From contig JAWBKB010000001.1 in NCBI GenBank assembly GCA_038831915.1, forward strand, positions 64,001-128,000: a stretch of DNA of 64,000 nt, given 5' to 3'. The notes below the pieces were generated by a model. It saw nothing but the letters and a program-made list of their open reading frames with translations, was not told the origin of the DNA and searched no databases. Position numbers and translations under genes: made by a program. This document shows, piece by piece, positions 38,983 through 48,172 of this stretch (positions within the stretch are counted from its first letter, which is position 1; each line of letters opens with the position of its first letter). The DNA is from Candidatus Caldarchaeum sp. Its GTDB lineage: Archaea > Thermoproteota > Nitrososphaeria_A > Caldarchaeales > Caldarchaeaceae.

Positions 38983-39720
38983 GTGAAACATTCAAGAACA
39001 CTGCTACTCTTAGTTATTCTGTCGTTTCTCATAGCGTTCAATGTTTTCGAGATAATTCCCCCAATTTCATCAAGTTCTGTCACCATTGATATTCAGTTAG
39101 GCGAATCGCCTGTAAGGCCTTACATTCTCAGGGTGAAGGTCGAAAAAATGGTTGAACCGGATGGATTGGTTCGGCCAGTTGCACGTGCTGCCGTCAGCTT
39201 TAATGAGTTGGTTAGCTTGACGAACACGAACGGTTATGCATATTTCACGGCTTTACCGGGCAAACACGTTGTTACGATTTCCTCTCCACAATCATTTTTC
39301 CCCACCTACTCTACAGAGGTAGAAATAAACACGCGTGTGACAGAGGTCGTTGTCCGCTTCACTGAATATAGGCTCAGACCCGAACAAATCAACATACTGG
39401 TCGATACACCGGCTCAAGTAACAATCGTGACCTTCACACAATCCCTTGTCAGCAACAAAACATTATACGTTGGCCTCCCGTACATCACTTTTATCAACTT
39501 CGAAAACTACTTGAAGCGATTTATCGGTGAGACAACGATACCCTACCTTGCGGAAGCTCCAGCCCAGTACAGTGGTCCGTTCACCTTGGTTGAAGCATCA
39601 GATAATTTTACGAATTATCAGACCAGCGCCGCTGTTCAAGACCTGATTCAATTAATCGTGGTCGACGAAAGCTTTGTTCCAGCTTATCATGTGGAAGCGG
39701 TTATTTTTAAGATGGGGTGA
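38983..39720 (+). CDS. Membrane-anchored or secreted beta-rich protein
   Basis: N-terminal hydrophobic helix, TNTNGYAYF (carboxypeptidase-regulatory/Ig-like), start trimmed to a GTG. Confidence 0.65.
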   Translation: MKHSRTLLLLVILSFLIAFNVFEIIPPISSSSVTIDIQLGESPVRPYILRVKVEKMVEPDGLVRPVARAAVSFNELVSLTNTNGYAYFTALPGKHVVTISSPQSFFPTYSTEVEINTRVTEVVVRFTEYRLRPEQINILVDTPAQVTIVTFTQSLVSNKTLYVGLPYITFINFENYLKRFIGETTIPYLAEAPAQYSGPFTLVEASDNFTNYQTSAAVQDLIQLIVVDESFVPAYHVEAVIFKMG

Positions 39721-39726
39721 AGGAAG

Positions 39727-40164
39727 ATGGAATCTATTATCTACGATGTTTCTTTCTGGCTCGTCGTCAACTTCCTATTAATTGTGGCGGTTTTAGGACT
39801 TGTGCTGATACGGCAGCAACTGACAAAACCGGTAGCCCATGCTGCGGCTGTAATCCAACAAAAAAAGCTCGACGAAGAGTTGGCATTGTACAAATCGATG
39901 ATAGATGAAGGGAACGGAAAAGAAGCCGTCAAAACTGTTTTTCGATCGGTTTGGAAAAAAATTTGCCGGCTATATGCGGTCGATGAAAGGGGCTTGACAG
40001 TGGTCGAAGTTATGAGCTCTGGGAAGCTGCCAGAAAAAATCCGAGAAAAAATTCTTCTACTTTATCGGATTTATGAGCCTGTGAAATTCGGTGATGTCGA
40101 GCCTTCGCGTGAACAGTTGATGGTTTTCGGTAAAACTTTAGAACAGTTGTCGGAGGATTTTTAG
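39727..40164 (+). CDS. Single-TM protein with DUF4129-like helical domain
   Basis: N-terminal TM; LTVVEV...LYRIYEPVKFG pattern. Confidence 0.65.
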   Translation: MESIIYDVSFWLVVNFLLIVAVLGLVLIRQQLTKPVAHAAAVIQQKKLDEELALYKSMIDEGNGKEAVKTVFRSVWKKICRLYAVDERGLTVVEVMSSGKLPEKIREKILLLYRIYEPVKFGDVEPSREQLMVFGKTLEQLSEDF

Positions 40165-40168
40165 GGCC

Positions 40169-40441
40169 TTGATAGAGCCTGCGCTGCTTGTCTTAATCTT
40201 TCTCGTGGCTGCGGGGTTCTTACTTCTCTACCTGACGCCGAGGGAGAAAACAAAGAAATCGACCCCGCGTGGTAAGGAGTTTGAATGGCTTGACGATTTC
40301 GCACTCCTGCTTGTTTTGGTGAAATCCCGCAAATACGTGGAAGCTTTGAAGAGGGTGAAAAAGATTCTTCGGAAAGAACGGAACGCAGAAAGACGGCTTA
40401 TACTCGAAAAATTCAGAGCGGAGGTGAAAAAAGCTGTCTAA
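40169..40441 (+). CDS. Small membrane protein
   Basis: N-terminal TM and basic tail, co-oriented in the operon. Confidence 0.6.
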   Translation: MIEPALLVLIFLVAAGFLLLYLTPREKTKKSTPRGKEFEWLDDFALLLVLVKSRKYVEALKRVKKILRKERNAERRLILEKFRAEVKKAV

Positions 40442-41393
40442 TCCCACAAGTGCTGCTGAAATCGCTGCCAAAGTCAAAGCCGAAGTCGGCAAAGCCATCG
40501 TCGGCATGAACGAAGCTATCGAATCTCTAATCATCGCGCTTCTCACTGGGGGGCACGTCATAATGGAGGGCGTGCCAGGGCTCGCGAAGACTCTTCTCGC
40601 AAAATCTTTCGCGCTGTCTCTCGGTCTCAGCTTCAAACGTCTTCAGTTTACCGTGGATATCTTACCGTCGGACATCATCGGGGGCCTTGTGTTCAACAGA
40701 AAGACGGGCGAATTAGAATTTCGTCCTGGGCCGATTTTCGCTAACGTGGTTTTGATCGATGAAATTAACAGGGCGCCGCCCCGTAGTCAGTCGGCTCTGC
40801 TCGAAGCCATGCAAGAAAGACAAGTTACCGTGGAAGGTGTGACCTACAAACTGCCCAATCCTTTTTTGGTTATCGCGACGCAGAACCCGGTGGAGCTTGA
40901 GGGAACGTTTCCTCTGCCGGAGGCAGAAATTGACCGCTTCATGATGCGAGTTCTCGTGTCGTATCCAAGCCGTGAAGATGAGGAGAAAATTCTTCAGATG
41001 AGGAACGTTATGGGTGAAGAAGTAAATATCGACGCCGTGACTGACCAGCAAGCTTTAGCCGTCGCGGCTGAAGAAGTTCACGCGGTAAAAGTCGTCCCTG
41101 AAATAATCCAGTTCATCGTGGATATCGTTGGGAGAACCCGCTCGGATGAAAAGCTTGTTATCGGTGCAAGCCCAAGGGCTGAAATCGCACTCCTATACGC
41201 GTCGAAAGCATTAGCTGCTCTCAACAACCGTAGCTATGTCATTCCCGACGACGTCAAAAAAGCATGCTTCCGCGTTCTCAACCACCGGCTTGTTCCCAAA
41301 CCCGAATACATCGAAATATCCAAGAGAATCGACTACGGATTTGTGTCAAAAGCTATCAGCGAATATCTTGCATCAGTTGAGGTTCCCGTGTAA
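40434..41393 (+). CDS. moxR: MoxR family AAA+ ATPase (probable CTG start)
   Basis: EGVPGLAKT, DILPSDI, DEINRAPPRSQSALLEAMQERQVT, TQNPVELEGTFPLPEA, GASPR. Open frame extends 24 codons upstream to a CTG after GAGGTG. Confidence 0.95.
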   Translation: MSNPTSAAEIAAKVKAEVGKAIVGMNEAIESLIIALLTGGHVIMEGVPGLAKTLLAKSFALSLGLSFKRLQFTVDILPSDIIGGLVFNRKTGELEFRPGPIFANVVLIDEINRAPPRSQSALLEAMQERQVTVEGVTYKLPNPFLVIATQNPVELEGTFPLPEAEIDRFMMRVLVSYPSREDEEKILQMRNVMGEEVNIDAVTDQQALAVAAEEVHAVKVVPEIIQFIVDIVGRTRSDEKLVIGASPRAEIALLYASKALAALNNRSYVIPDDVKKACFRVLNHRLVPKPEYIEISKRIDYGFVSKAISEYLASVEVPV

Positions 41394-42649
41394 TGCTAAC
41401 AAACCAGGGCTTTAAACTGGTCGCGACTTTGCTCATTCTTTCTGTTGCGTCAACCACAATCGCGGTCTACCGACCCCTCACCCTCTCGGTTTACGTGATA
41501 ACACTTTTCGTGTTGATTTACGCTCTTTTTGCTCAACAGGGCCTTAAAGCGTTTAAGCCAAATGATTTCGCTTTTGTAAGGAAGTTAAGCAAAGTTTTGC
41601 CGACCGCTGGTGAAAAGTTTGATGTCTCGGTCTCCGTGGTAAACCGGTCTGGTCGCAGGGTTCGTGTGATGGTTATCGACAGCGCTGATGGACTTCGCCT
41701 CGTTGGAGGAACTTTGACAGCCGAAAAAACCCTAGACCCGGACGATTTTCTGGAAATCCAATATAGTTTGGCAGCTAACGCAAGAGGAATCTATCGAATA
41801 GGTCCGTTGAAAGTCCGGGTTTCGGATGACCAAGGCTTGGTCTGCAAATATTTCATTCTTGAGGACGAAATGAAAGTAACTGTGGTGAGTGCTGGCGTGG
41901 AAAGACCACGGCTGTCTGAAGCCGTGAAAAAAGTCAAGCCGACGCTTTTCAGCGGGTCTGGCTCTTCCTATGAGCAGGGTGTTGATGATGTTTTCCGAGA
42001 GCTGACGGTCTACGAGGAAGGCCAGCCGCTCAAGGCGATTGATTGGAGAAGAAGCGCGAGAGAAGACGGTGAAATCTATGTCCGCAAATACGACAAGCTA
42101 AATCTGCTTCGCGTTTTGTTTTTAATCGACTGCTCGCTTCCGAACAGCGTCGGTTCTCCGAGTCTGCTTGATTCATGCATTACGGCGGTGTCAGGGGCCG
42201 CGATGGCGATGTGCGAAAAAGGTGATTTGGTTACAGTAGCGACAATCGGTGCTTCGACGCCTGGGGTTTACCGAATATCGCGTATCCGAGAATTCGAAGG
42301 GTTGGTGAAGTTTCTCGCATCAATTGTGCCGGGTAAAAGCTCTGACATTCTCGAAGAGGTTAAACAGTTTAGGGGATACGACGTCGTTTTCATGTTGGGT
42401 AGATACGTTTGGGTCAGAGGAGAGTTACTCCGAGCAGTGTTTGAACATTTCAGAAGAAACGGTGCAATCGTCTTCCTTCTAGTGCCGCTTGCAGACGCAC
42501 AAAACAAAGTTGAAACAATCCTTAATCAGTTGGAGAAACACCGAATCGAATCACTCAAACAATACACTGGCTACGTTTTCGGTATCCAGCAGACAGAGTT
42601 GACTTCGCATTTAACATATCTTCACAAAACTCTGAGGATGACGGCATGA
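41393..42649 (+). CDS. DUF58 (vWA-like) membrane protein
   Basis: RGIYRIGP, FRELTVYEEGQPLKAIDWRRSAR, LIDCS; follows moxR. Confidence 0.88.
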   Translation: MLTNQGFKLVATLLILSVASTTIAVYRPLTLSVYVITLFVLIYALFAQQGLKAFKPNDFAFVRKLSKVLPTAGEKFDVSVSVVNRSGRRVRVMVIDSADGLRLVGGTLTAEKTLDPDDFLEIQYSLAANARGIYRIGPLKVRVSDDQGLVCKYFILEDEMKVTVVSAGVERPRLSEAVKKVKPTLFSGSGSSYEQGVDDVFRELTVYEEGQPLKAIDWRRSAREDGEIYVRKYDKLNLLRVLFLIDCSLPNSVGSPSLLDSCITAVSGAAMAMCEKGDLVTVATIGASTPGVYRISRIREFEGLVKFLASIVPGKSSDILEEVKQFRGYDVVFMLGRYVWVRGELLRAVFEHFRRNGAIVFLLVPLADAQNKVETILNQLEKHRIESLKQYTGYVFGIQQTELTSHLTYLHKTLRMTA

Positions 42650-43359
42650 TTGAGAAACTTCTTAAAATCAACGTTCTTTTTGCTCCCGCCTTTTTGTCAC
42701 TGATGACGCTGAGTCGCATAGAGCTCTCTAACCCGTTCGTTTTGGTCGGCCTGCTTTCGCTCATCATAATCTCTTCAACCGAAGGTTTCAAATGGGCTGG
42801 AATTGTCTTCGTTTACGTGCCCGCCGGCTACTGTGTTTATCTTCTATTAACCGGCGTTGTTTCTCCTTTCCTCGGACTTGCCGCGGGATACATCATTTCC
42901 ACACCTTTCGTGTTGCTGATTTCGGCCTATCGGAGCATCAACATGATAGGCTTGGTTTCAGGATATTATGCCTCTTACATGTTCGCCCTGCTGCTTAACA
43001 ACGCGGTGGGTGCAGGCGGAGTTCAACCTGAACGACTATTCATAACTGTCATCCGAAATTTGTTAGGCCTGTTTACCGCCGAAAGAATAAACGTGACACC
43101 GTCTGTTCCAGAGCCAGCAATACTCTATAACTCTCTGGCGGCTTTGGCCACTTTCTCTCTGATAATATTCTTCGTTCTACAAAACAATCCTCGAAAGCCG
43201 GAGTTCAACACCTATTTTGTCAAGTCGTTGGCCGCTGTGGCCGGAGCAACACTTCTGGTCGTCGGGTTATCCGATTTATGGCCGCCACTCAGCACATACA
43301 TTCTTTTAGCAGTTGTCGTAGGGCTTCTCGCCTTCACAGCATGGAAGATGCGTGAATAA
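42646..43359 (+). CDS. Polytopic membrane protein
   Basis: About 7-8 hydrophobic segments; ATGA overlap. Confidence 0.75.
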   Translation: MIEKLLKINVLFAPAFLSLMTLSRIELSNPFVLVGLLSLIIISSTEGFKWAGIVFVYVPAGYCVYLLLTGVVSPFLGLAAGYIISTPFVLLISAYRSINMIGLVSGYYASYMFALLLNNAVGAGGVQPERLFITVIRNLLGLFTAERINVTPSVPEPAILYNSLAALATFSLIIFFVLQNNPRKPEFNTYFVKSLAAVAGATLLVVGLSDLWPPLSTYILLAVVVGLLAFTAWKMRE

Positions 43360-44875
43360 AATGAGCAGAACTTTCTGGACCTTGTTTTTCGCCGGCCTAG
43401 CTCTGATGCCTGTAGGAGTGAGTGGTCTAAATGATTACTGGCTGATAGGTTTTGGAGGAAACGTTTTTCTTCCTTTTCTCGACGGCGGAGTACTCGAATA
43501 TGATGTAGGAGAAAGTCTCGCTGTCAAAATTGTGGGGAGAGACGGGTTTGTGTGGGTTGTTTCCCCGGCGGGCGTCGTGGAAGAAGTATCGGTGGCAGAC
43601 GGCGAAGGAAAGGTGTTGAAGGAGTTTGGTTTTGGGGATATCGGCGAATGGATTGTGATAACAGACAGAAACGAAACTATGAAAGTCGTGGTCAGGCCGC
43701 CAGTTACGAGACCGTCCGTTCAGCTTTCGTTCAGTTTAGAAGGCAACGAAGTGAAAGCGACAGCTCTAACTTCTCGGCAGTCTTTCGCATTGTTCGCGGA
43801 AGGAAAAAGCGACACCGTGAAAGCCGCGGGCAGCGTGGTCGAAATAAGGCTTCCGGGAATCAACGAAACAAGAGTGAAAGCAGAAATCTATCGGGTCGAC
43901 CAGCCCATACGTTACAACGGAACGCTTAGCGGAATACAGTATAATGTGGAGGTTGAACAGCTTGTTTCGTCAACCATTTTGACTGGGCAGCGAATTAACG
44001 GAACCACGACTTTCACGGTCAAGATTCCTGATGAAGAGGAAACAACATCCGGAATCAAGCCCGTTGGGATAGGGCTTCACAGACTCAGGCTTTTATCCGC
44101 CTCCGACAGGAGACTTTTGTACGAAACGGAATTGATTGTAGTTCCCTCTTCCAAAAAGAATTTGGAAGGTTTGAGCAGGACTTTGTCTGTAGATTTTTGG
44201 GAGGCTTTTCGTAGAAACTACACTCTGATAGTTGGAGACGGCGTTGGAACCATATGGAGGATAACAATTAGACTTCCTGTAGTTGTTTTCCGCATTTTAG
44301 ACGACGAGCACCGACGATACCACGTAGGAGCCATGATCCAGATACCTGACGCATACACGAGAACAATCGGCTCAGAAATCATCGCGGTATTCACCACAAC
44401 GCTTGAAATCACTGACTACACCAACATGTCAGACTTCATCCCAACTCGGGAAACAGCCGCATCGATATCCTTCGACGCATCCTCGATAGAAACGTCCTCG
44501 TTGACCATTACAGCGGGAGATGTTATCGAGCTAGGGGTGTCTCTTTATGAAACAACCGTTGAACTTGTTTTCCCCAACGGAACAAAATACGAGGGCCCGC
44601 AAATCATCGAAATAAACGGAATAACTTATTCGAACACCAGAGCTCGCTACTTGCCCAGAGGAACATACACTGTCCGAGCCCTCAGTCCAGAAAGCTTCAC
44701 ATACGAAACTTTCTATTTAGCCAGAGATACGACTTGGACCATAATAGTGGTCGACAACTTGGCTGGGCTCGCTGGTCTCAGAGCCTCCGCCGTTCTTTTA
44801 GGCTTCTTGCTGATATATATCGCTTATAAAACGCTGAAGCTACGCAACACCTTTTACCGACCAAGTCGAAAGTAA
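43352..44875 (+). CDS. Secreted beta-rich protein with C-terminal membrane anchor
   Basis: Signal peptide, Thr-rich beta segments, several N-x-S/T sequons, C-terminal TM and basic tail. Confidence 0.75.
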   Translation: MNKMSRTFWTLFFAGLALMPVGVSGLNDYWLIGFGGNVFLPFLDGGVLEYDVGESLAVKIVGRDGFVWVVSPAGVVEEVSVADGEGKVLKEFGFGDIGEWIVITDRNETMKVVVRPPVTRPSVQLSFSLEGNEVKATALTSRQSFALFAEGKSDTVKAAGSVVEIRLPGINETRVKAEIYRVDQPIRYNGTLSGIQYNVEVEQLVSSTILTGQRINGTTTFTVKIPDEEETTSGIKPVGIGLHRLRLLSASDRRLLYETELIVVPSSKKNLEGLSRTLSVDFWEAFRRNYTLIVGDGVGTIWRITIRLPVVVFRILDDEHRRYHVGAMIQIPDAYTRTIGSEIIAVFTTTLEITDYTNMSDFIPTRETAASISFDASSIETSSLTITAGDVIELGVSLYETTVELVFPNGTKYEGPQIIEINGITYSNTRARYLPRGTYTVRALSPESFTYETFYLARDTTWTIIVVDNLAGLAGLRASAVLLGFLLIYIAYKTLKLRNTFYRPSRK

Positions 44876-44886
44876 AATGAGTATTC

Positions 44887-46026
44887 ATGAAAACAACTGT
44901 TTCAGTGATAAAAGCGGATGTTGGTAGTGTTGCTGGTCATAGTAAACCGCATCCGAAGATGATTGAACATGCTTCGAAAAAGCTTGAGAACGCGGAGCAG
45001 ACAGGCCTGATTAACAGCGGCTACGCAACACACTGCGGTGACGACATCATTTTGGTCATGACTCACAATCGAGGCGAAGACAATCCTGAAGTTCACGGCT
45101 TGGCTTGGGAAATATTCAAAGAAGTTACTGACAAAGTCGCGAAGCCCATGAAGCTTTACGGTGCGGGTCAAGACCTTTTGTCAGACGCGTTTAGCGGAAA
45201 CGTTAAAGGGCTGGGCCCGGGTGTGGCTGAGATCGAGTTTGAAGAAAGGAAATCAGACCCAATAATTGTTTTCGCAGCGGACAAAACAGAACCAGGTGCA
45301 TGGAACCTTCCGCTTTACCGCATCTTCGCTTCGCCCGACAACACAGCTGGCCTAGTGATTGACCCCACTCTTCACGACGGTTTCAAATTCGAAGTGCTCG
45401 ACCTCATCGAATCATGGTCAGTGATGATGAAAACTCCCGAAGAGCTTTATGACTTGGTTGCCCTTATCGGCACGGTGGGGAGATACGCTATATCCAAGGT
45501 TTACCGAGCTCGTGATGGTGAGCCAGCAGCCGCGGCGAGCACCACTCGTCTCAGCCTAATCGCGGGCCGTTATGTGGGAAAAGACGACCCCGTGATGGTT
45601 GTACGAGCCCAAGCAGGTTTTCCAGCTGTCGGCGAAATTCTCGCTGCTTTCGCGAACCCGCCAATTGTCTCTGGATGGATGAGAGGCTCGCATCGAGGGC
45701 CTTTGATGCCGGTTTCTTTCAAGAAGGGACATAATCTTGTTTCGTTCTTTGACGGGCCTCCGCGAGTTGTCGCCATGGGATGGCAGGTTGCTGACGGAAA
45801 GCTCATCGGAATTGAAGGAACAGAGCCTGTCGACCTCTTCGAAGACCCGTTCTGGGACATCGTCAGGGCGAAAGCAGCCGAAACCGCGTTAATGTTGAGA
45901 ACGATGGGGGAATTCGAACCCGCCAGACTCGGTCACGAAGAAATGGAATACACAACCCTTCCACAGATAATAGAAAGACTGAAGCCACGGTTCAAGCCGA
46001 TTGAAGCAAGAGCCGCGAAAAAATAG
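44887..46026 (+). CDS. fbp: Bifunctional fructose-1,6-bisphosphate aldolase/phosphatase (class V)
   Basis: IKADVGS, GDD, YGAGQDLL, DKTEPGAWNLP, YVGKDDP, GWMRGSH, EMEYTTLP. Confidence 0.97.
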   Translation: MKTTVSVIKADVGSVAGHSKPHPKMIEHASKKLENAEQTGLINSGYATHCGDDIILVMTHNRGEDNPEVHGLAWEIFKEVTDKVAKPMKLYGAGQDLLSDAFSGNVKGLGPGVAEIEFEERKSDPIIVFAADKTEPGAWNLPLYRIFASPDNTAGLVIDPTLHDGFKFEVLDLIESWSVMMKTPEELYDLVALIGTVGRYAISKVYRARDGEPAAAASTTRLSLIAGRYVGKDDPVMVVRAQAGFPAVGEILAAFANPPIVSGWMRGSHRGPLMPVSFKKGHNLVSFFDGPPRVVAMGWQVADGKLIGIEGTEPVDLFEDPFWDIVRAKAAETALMLRTMGEFEPARLGHEEMEYTTLPQIIERLKPRFKPIEARAAKK

Positions 46027-46050
46027 AGGCCTTCGGGGAATCGGCGGAAT

Positions 46051-46227
46051 TCAGAAATCTTCTTTCATCAACGTTTTTCTTCCGTTTGCTTGACATCTTT
46101 TCACAGCTTTCGCAATCAGTTCTTTGACGGCTTCGTTGAGTCCTTCGAGAGCGTCTCCTCCAAGCCTTATCCCCTCAGGCAGCAATTCCCTGACACGTGA
46201 TTCAACTACGATGGTTTCTTTCGCCAT
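46051..46227 (-). CDS. Short histone-fold protein (58 aa, alpha3-truncated type)
   Basis: Own translation: MAKETIVVESRVRELLPEGIRLGGDALEGLNEAVKELIAKAVKRCQANGRKTLMKEDF, with the R-x-T-x4-D histone motif. Below the ORF-track length cutoff. Confidence 0.88.
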   Translation of the reverse strand: MAKETIVVESRVRELLPEGIRLGGDALEGLNEAVKELIAKAVKRCQANGRKTLMKEDF

Positions 46228-46255
46228 TTCCAGTCGTCTATACGGGAAAAATAGG

Positions 46256-46270
46256 CTTTAAATCCTTTTC
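46256..46270 (-). promoter_or_regulatory. Putative BRE plus TATA box of the histone gene
   Basis: Minus strand GAAAAGGA-TTTAAAG about 30 nt upstream of the ATG. Confidence 0.6.
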
Positions 46271-46326
46271 CGACGCCCTTCTAACAGGCAATATATAGGT
46301 ATTCTCACGTGAATACGCCATGCTTC

Positions 46327-46629
46327 TCAGAGTCTTCCCACCAACGTGTAGTGGCTTACCTTAGGTTTTTCAGCCAACAGCGGTTTTTCCGACGGATGAA
46401 TGAACGGCTCTCGCCAATCTCCGCCGGTGAAAGCCTTGATAGAATCTATGTCTCGCCAAAGAGACACCACTACTGCTGTCGCCGGCGAAGTGGAATAATC
46501 GATGCCGAAAAAGGCATCTATGCAGCCTTCGGTTTTACGCATTATTGGAGCGGCTTCTTCAACGGCGAAGCGTTCAAACTGCTTTTCCGCGTCCTTCTTC
46601 AAAGGACATGTCCAAACTCTGATAATCAT
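46327..46629 (-). CDS. ABM-like dimeric alpha+beta barrel protein
   Basis: MIIRVW, EGC, VVSLWRDIDSIKAFTG, VSHY. Confidence 0.8.
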   Translation of the reverse strand: MIIRVWTCPLKKDAEKQFERFAVEEAAPIMRKTEGCIDAFFGIDYSTSPATAVVVSLWRDIDSIKAFTGGDWREPFIHPSEKPLLAEKPKVSHYTLVGRL

Positions 46630-46690
46630 GTGAGCCGAATCGATGATGTTCATACTTAAGGTTTATTGTTTCGCAGCCACAACATTTTGT

Positions 46691-47011
46691 ATGCAGTATT
46701 TTGAAGCTGTTCGGCGGGGCGAATTGGTGGCTCAGAGGGCGCAGCATTTTCTTTCAACTTACACCGGATACGCGGTTGCGGCGATGATGGTGAAAGAATC
46801 AAAGCATGGATGGGTTCCGGTAGGAGAGGAGAATCTTTACGCTATTGTTGAGAAAGAAGGTGAGATGGCAGTGGTTGTGGTTTGTGACAGCGACGGCTAT
46901 GTGAAAGCCATGTCAAACCCCCTTCCACGAAGAGTAGCTCAAAGCATCGCGTCGAAAATGGAGAAAGACGGGCTGAAGAAGTACACCGGGCCTCTCGTTC
47001 TACCTATTTAG
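46691..47011 (+). CDS. Hypothetical protein
   Basis: 106-aa ORF (MQYFEAVRRG...) with natural composition; no family recognised. Confidence 0.7.
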   Translation: MQYFEAVRRGELVAQRAQHFLSTYTGYAVAAMMVKESKHGWVPVGEENLYAIVEKEGEMAVVVVCDSDGYVKAMSNPLPRRVAQSIASKMEKDGLKKYTGPLVLPI

Positions 47012-47746
47012 CAAATTCATGAACCGTTGTGCGTCATCGGCCATAGAAACGTTGTTAAACATAACATAAGCCTCCGACACGTTGAGTTGTTCGATTTTGG
47101 ACATAAGCCTCAACAAATCATTGTCGGTGTAGCGGTAAGAGTAGTTGACTTCGCGTTTTCCAAGCCCGTGGAGCCGGGTGTAGAGGATTTGTTGTATCTC
47201 TATAGGCTCGGTTCTTAACAAGTCAACCACGTGAATCAGCGATTTTTCGCAGATTTTCCTAATTGCCTCTCGGTTGGCTGCGAGTTTTCCACGCGGCTCC
47301 CAAGCTAGAGTGATGCCAAACGTTGACGCGTATTCGAAGAACTTGACCGCGTCTGATACGGTTGTTTCATCGTCAGGCATGGTGGGTGGAGTTTGGATAA
47401 CCACGATCTTCGCGTTCAGAACTCGTGCTATTTCAGCGGTTTTTTCCCATGCTTTGAAATTCTCTTTCATGGGTCTGAGAAATCCGTATCGCATGTTCTT
47501 TATACGATGCACGGGAATGCCAGACCTCCGCCATGTCGGGCTTGAAACAGGATGACTTATTGCCTGCCAAGCTTTCATGCAGAAAATAAACTCATGAGGA
47601 GCGTCGGCTCGCCATTTCGCGGCAGTTTCAACACGTGGAAGCCGGTAAAAAGTTTCCTGCAACTCAATCACCGGAAATTTGCGGAAATAAGCTTGTTTTC
47701 CCCCCTTAACAGCCCATCCGCAACAGCCCGTTAAGACCCTTTTCAT
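47000..47746 (-). CDS. DUF72 domain protein
   Basis: GCCGW, ELQETFY, KAWQAISH, QTPP, WEPRG, RLHG, FNN. Confidence 0.93.
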   Translation of the reverse strand: MKRVLTGCCGWAVKGGKQAYFRKFPVIELQETFYRLPRVETAAKWRADAPHEFIFCMKAWQAISHPVSSPTWRRSGIPVHRIKNMRYGFLRPMKENFKAWEKTAEIARVLNAKIVVIQTPPTMPDDETTVSDAVKFFEYASTFGITLAWEPRGKLAANREAIRKICEKSLIHVVDLLRTEPIEIQQILYTRLHGLGKREVNYSYRYTDNDLLRLMSKIEQLNVSEAYVMFNNVSMADDAQRFMNLLNR

Positions 47747-47776
47747 CAAAGAACGTTCTCCGTAGCTATGTAAATC

Positions 47777-47782
47777 TTTAAA
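47777..47782 (+). promoter_or_regulatory. Putative TATA box of the SRP RNA gene
   Basis: TTTAAA about 25 nt upstream of the GC-rich RNA 5' end. Confidence 0.6.
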
Positions 47783-47806
47783 CCATCTCTTGACAAACAT
47801 TGTGGT

Positions 47807-48132
47807 GGTGGCGGCGGGAAAGGCCGGGGAGCCAGCCCTTCCCTGAACCCGAAACGGGCTTCATGCGGGGGCCGGATAACCCGCAGGGGCGCGTGAGGTC
47901 TTCCGGTTCATCGGCCGCGTGGAGACGATGAGGACACGCCGGATGGGGGCGCCGTAGACGGGTAAAGCCTTCGTAGGAAGGCTCCAACCGTCGAATGCGT
48001 CGAACCGTGTCAGGCCCGGGAGGGAGCAGCACTAAGACGCAGCGACGCAGCCCATCCATAAGCGTGTCCGAGTTTTCCACACGGTTCGAAAACCGGGCTA
48101 GGCCCTCGCCACCCTGGGGAGCCGCCGCCACC
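47807..48132 (+). ncRNA. ffs: Archaeal SRP (7S) RNA
   Basis: GC-rich, about 326 nt. 5' GGTGGCGGCGG pairs with 3' CCGCCGCCACC; helix 6 CCTTC-GTAG-GAAGG; helix 8 CAGGCCC-GGGA-GGGAGCAGC. Confidence 0.93.
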
Positions 48133-48172
48133 GATAAAACCCACTACACTAATATACGGCACGGAAAGAATT

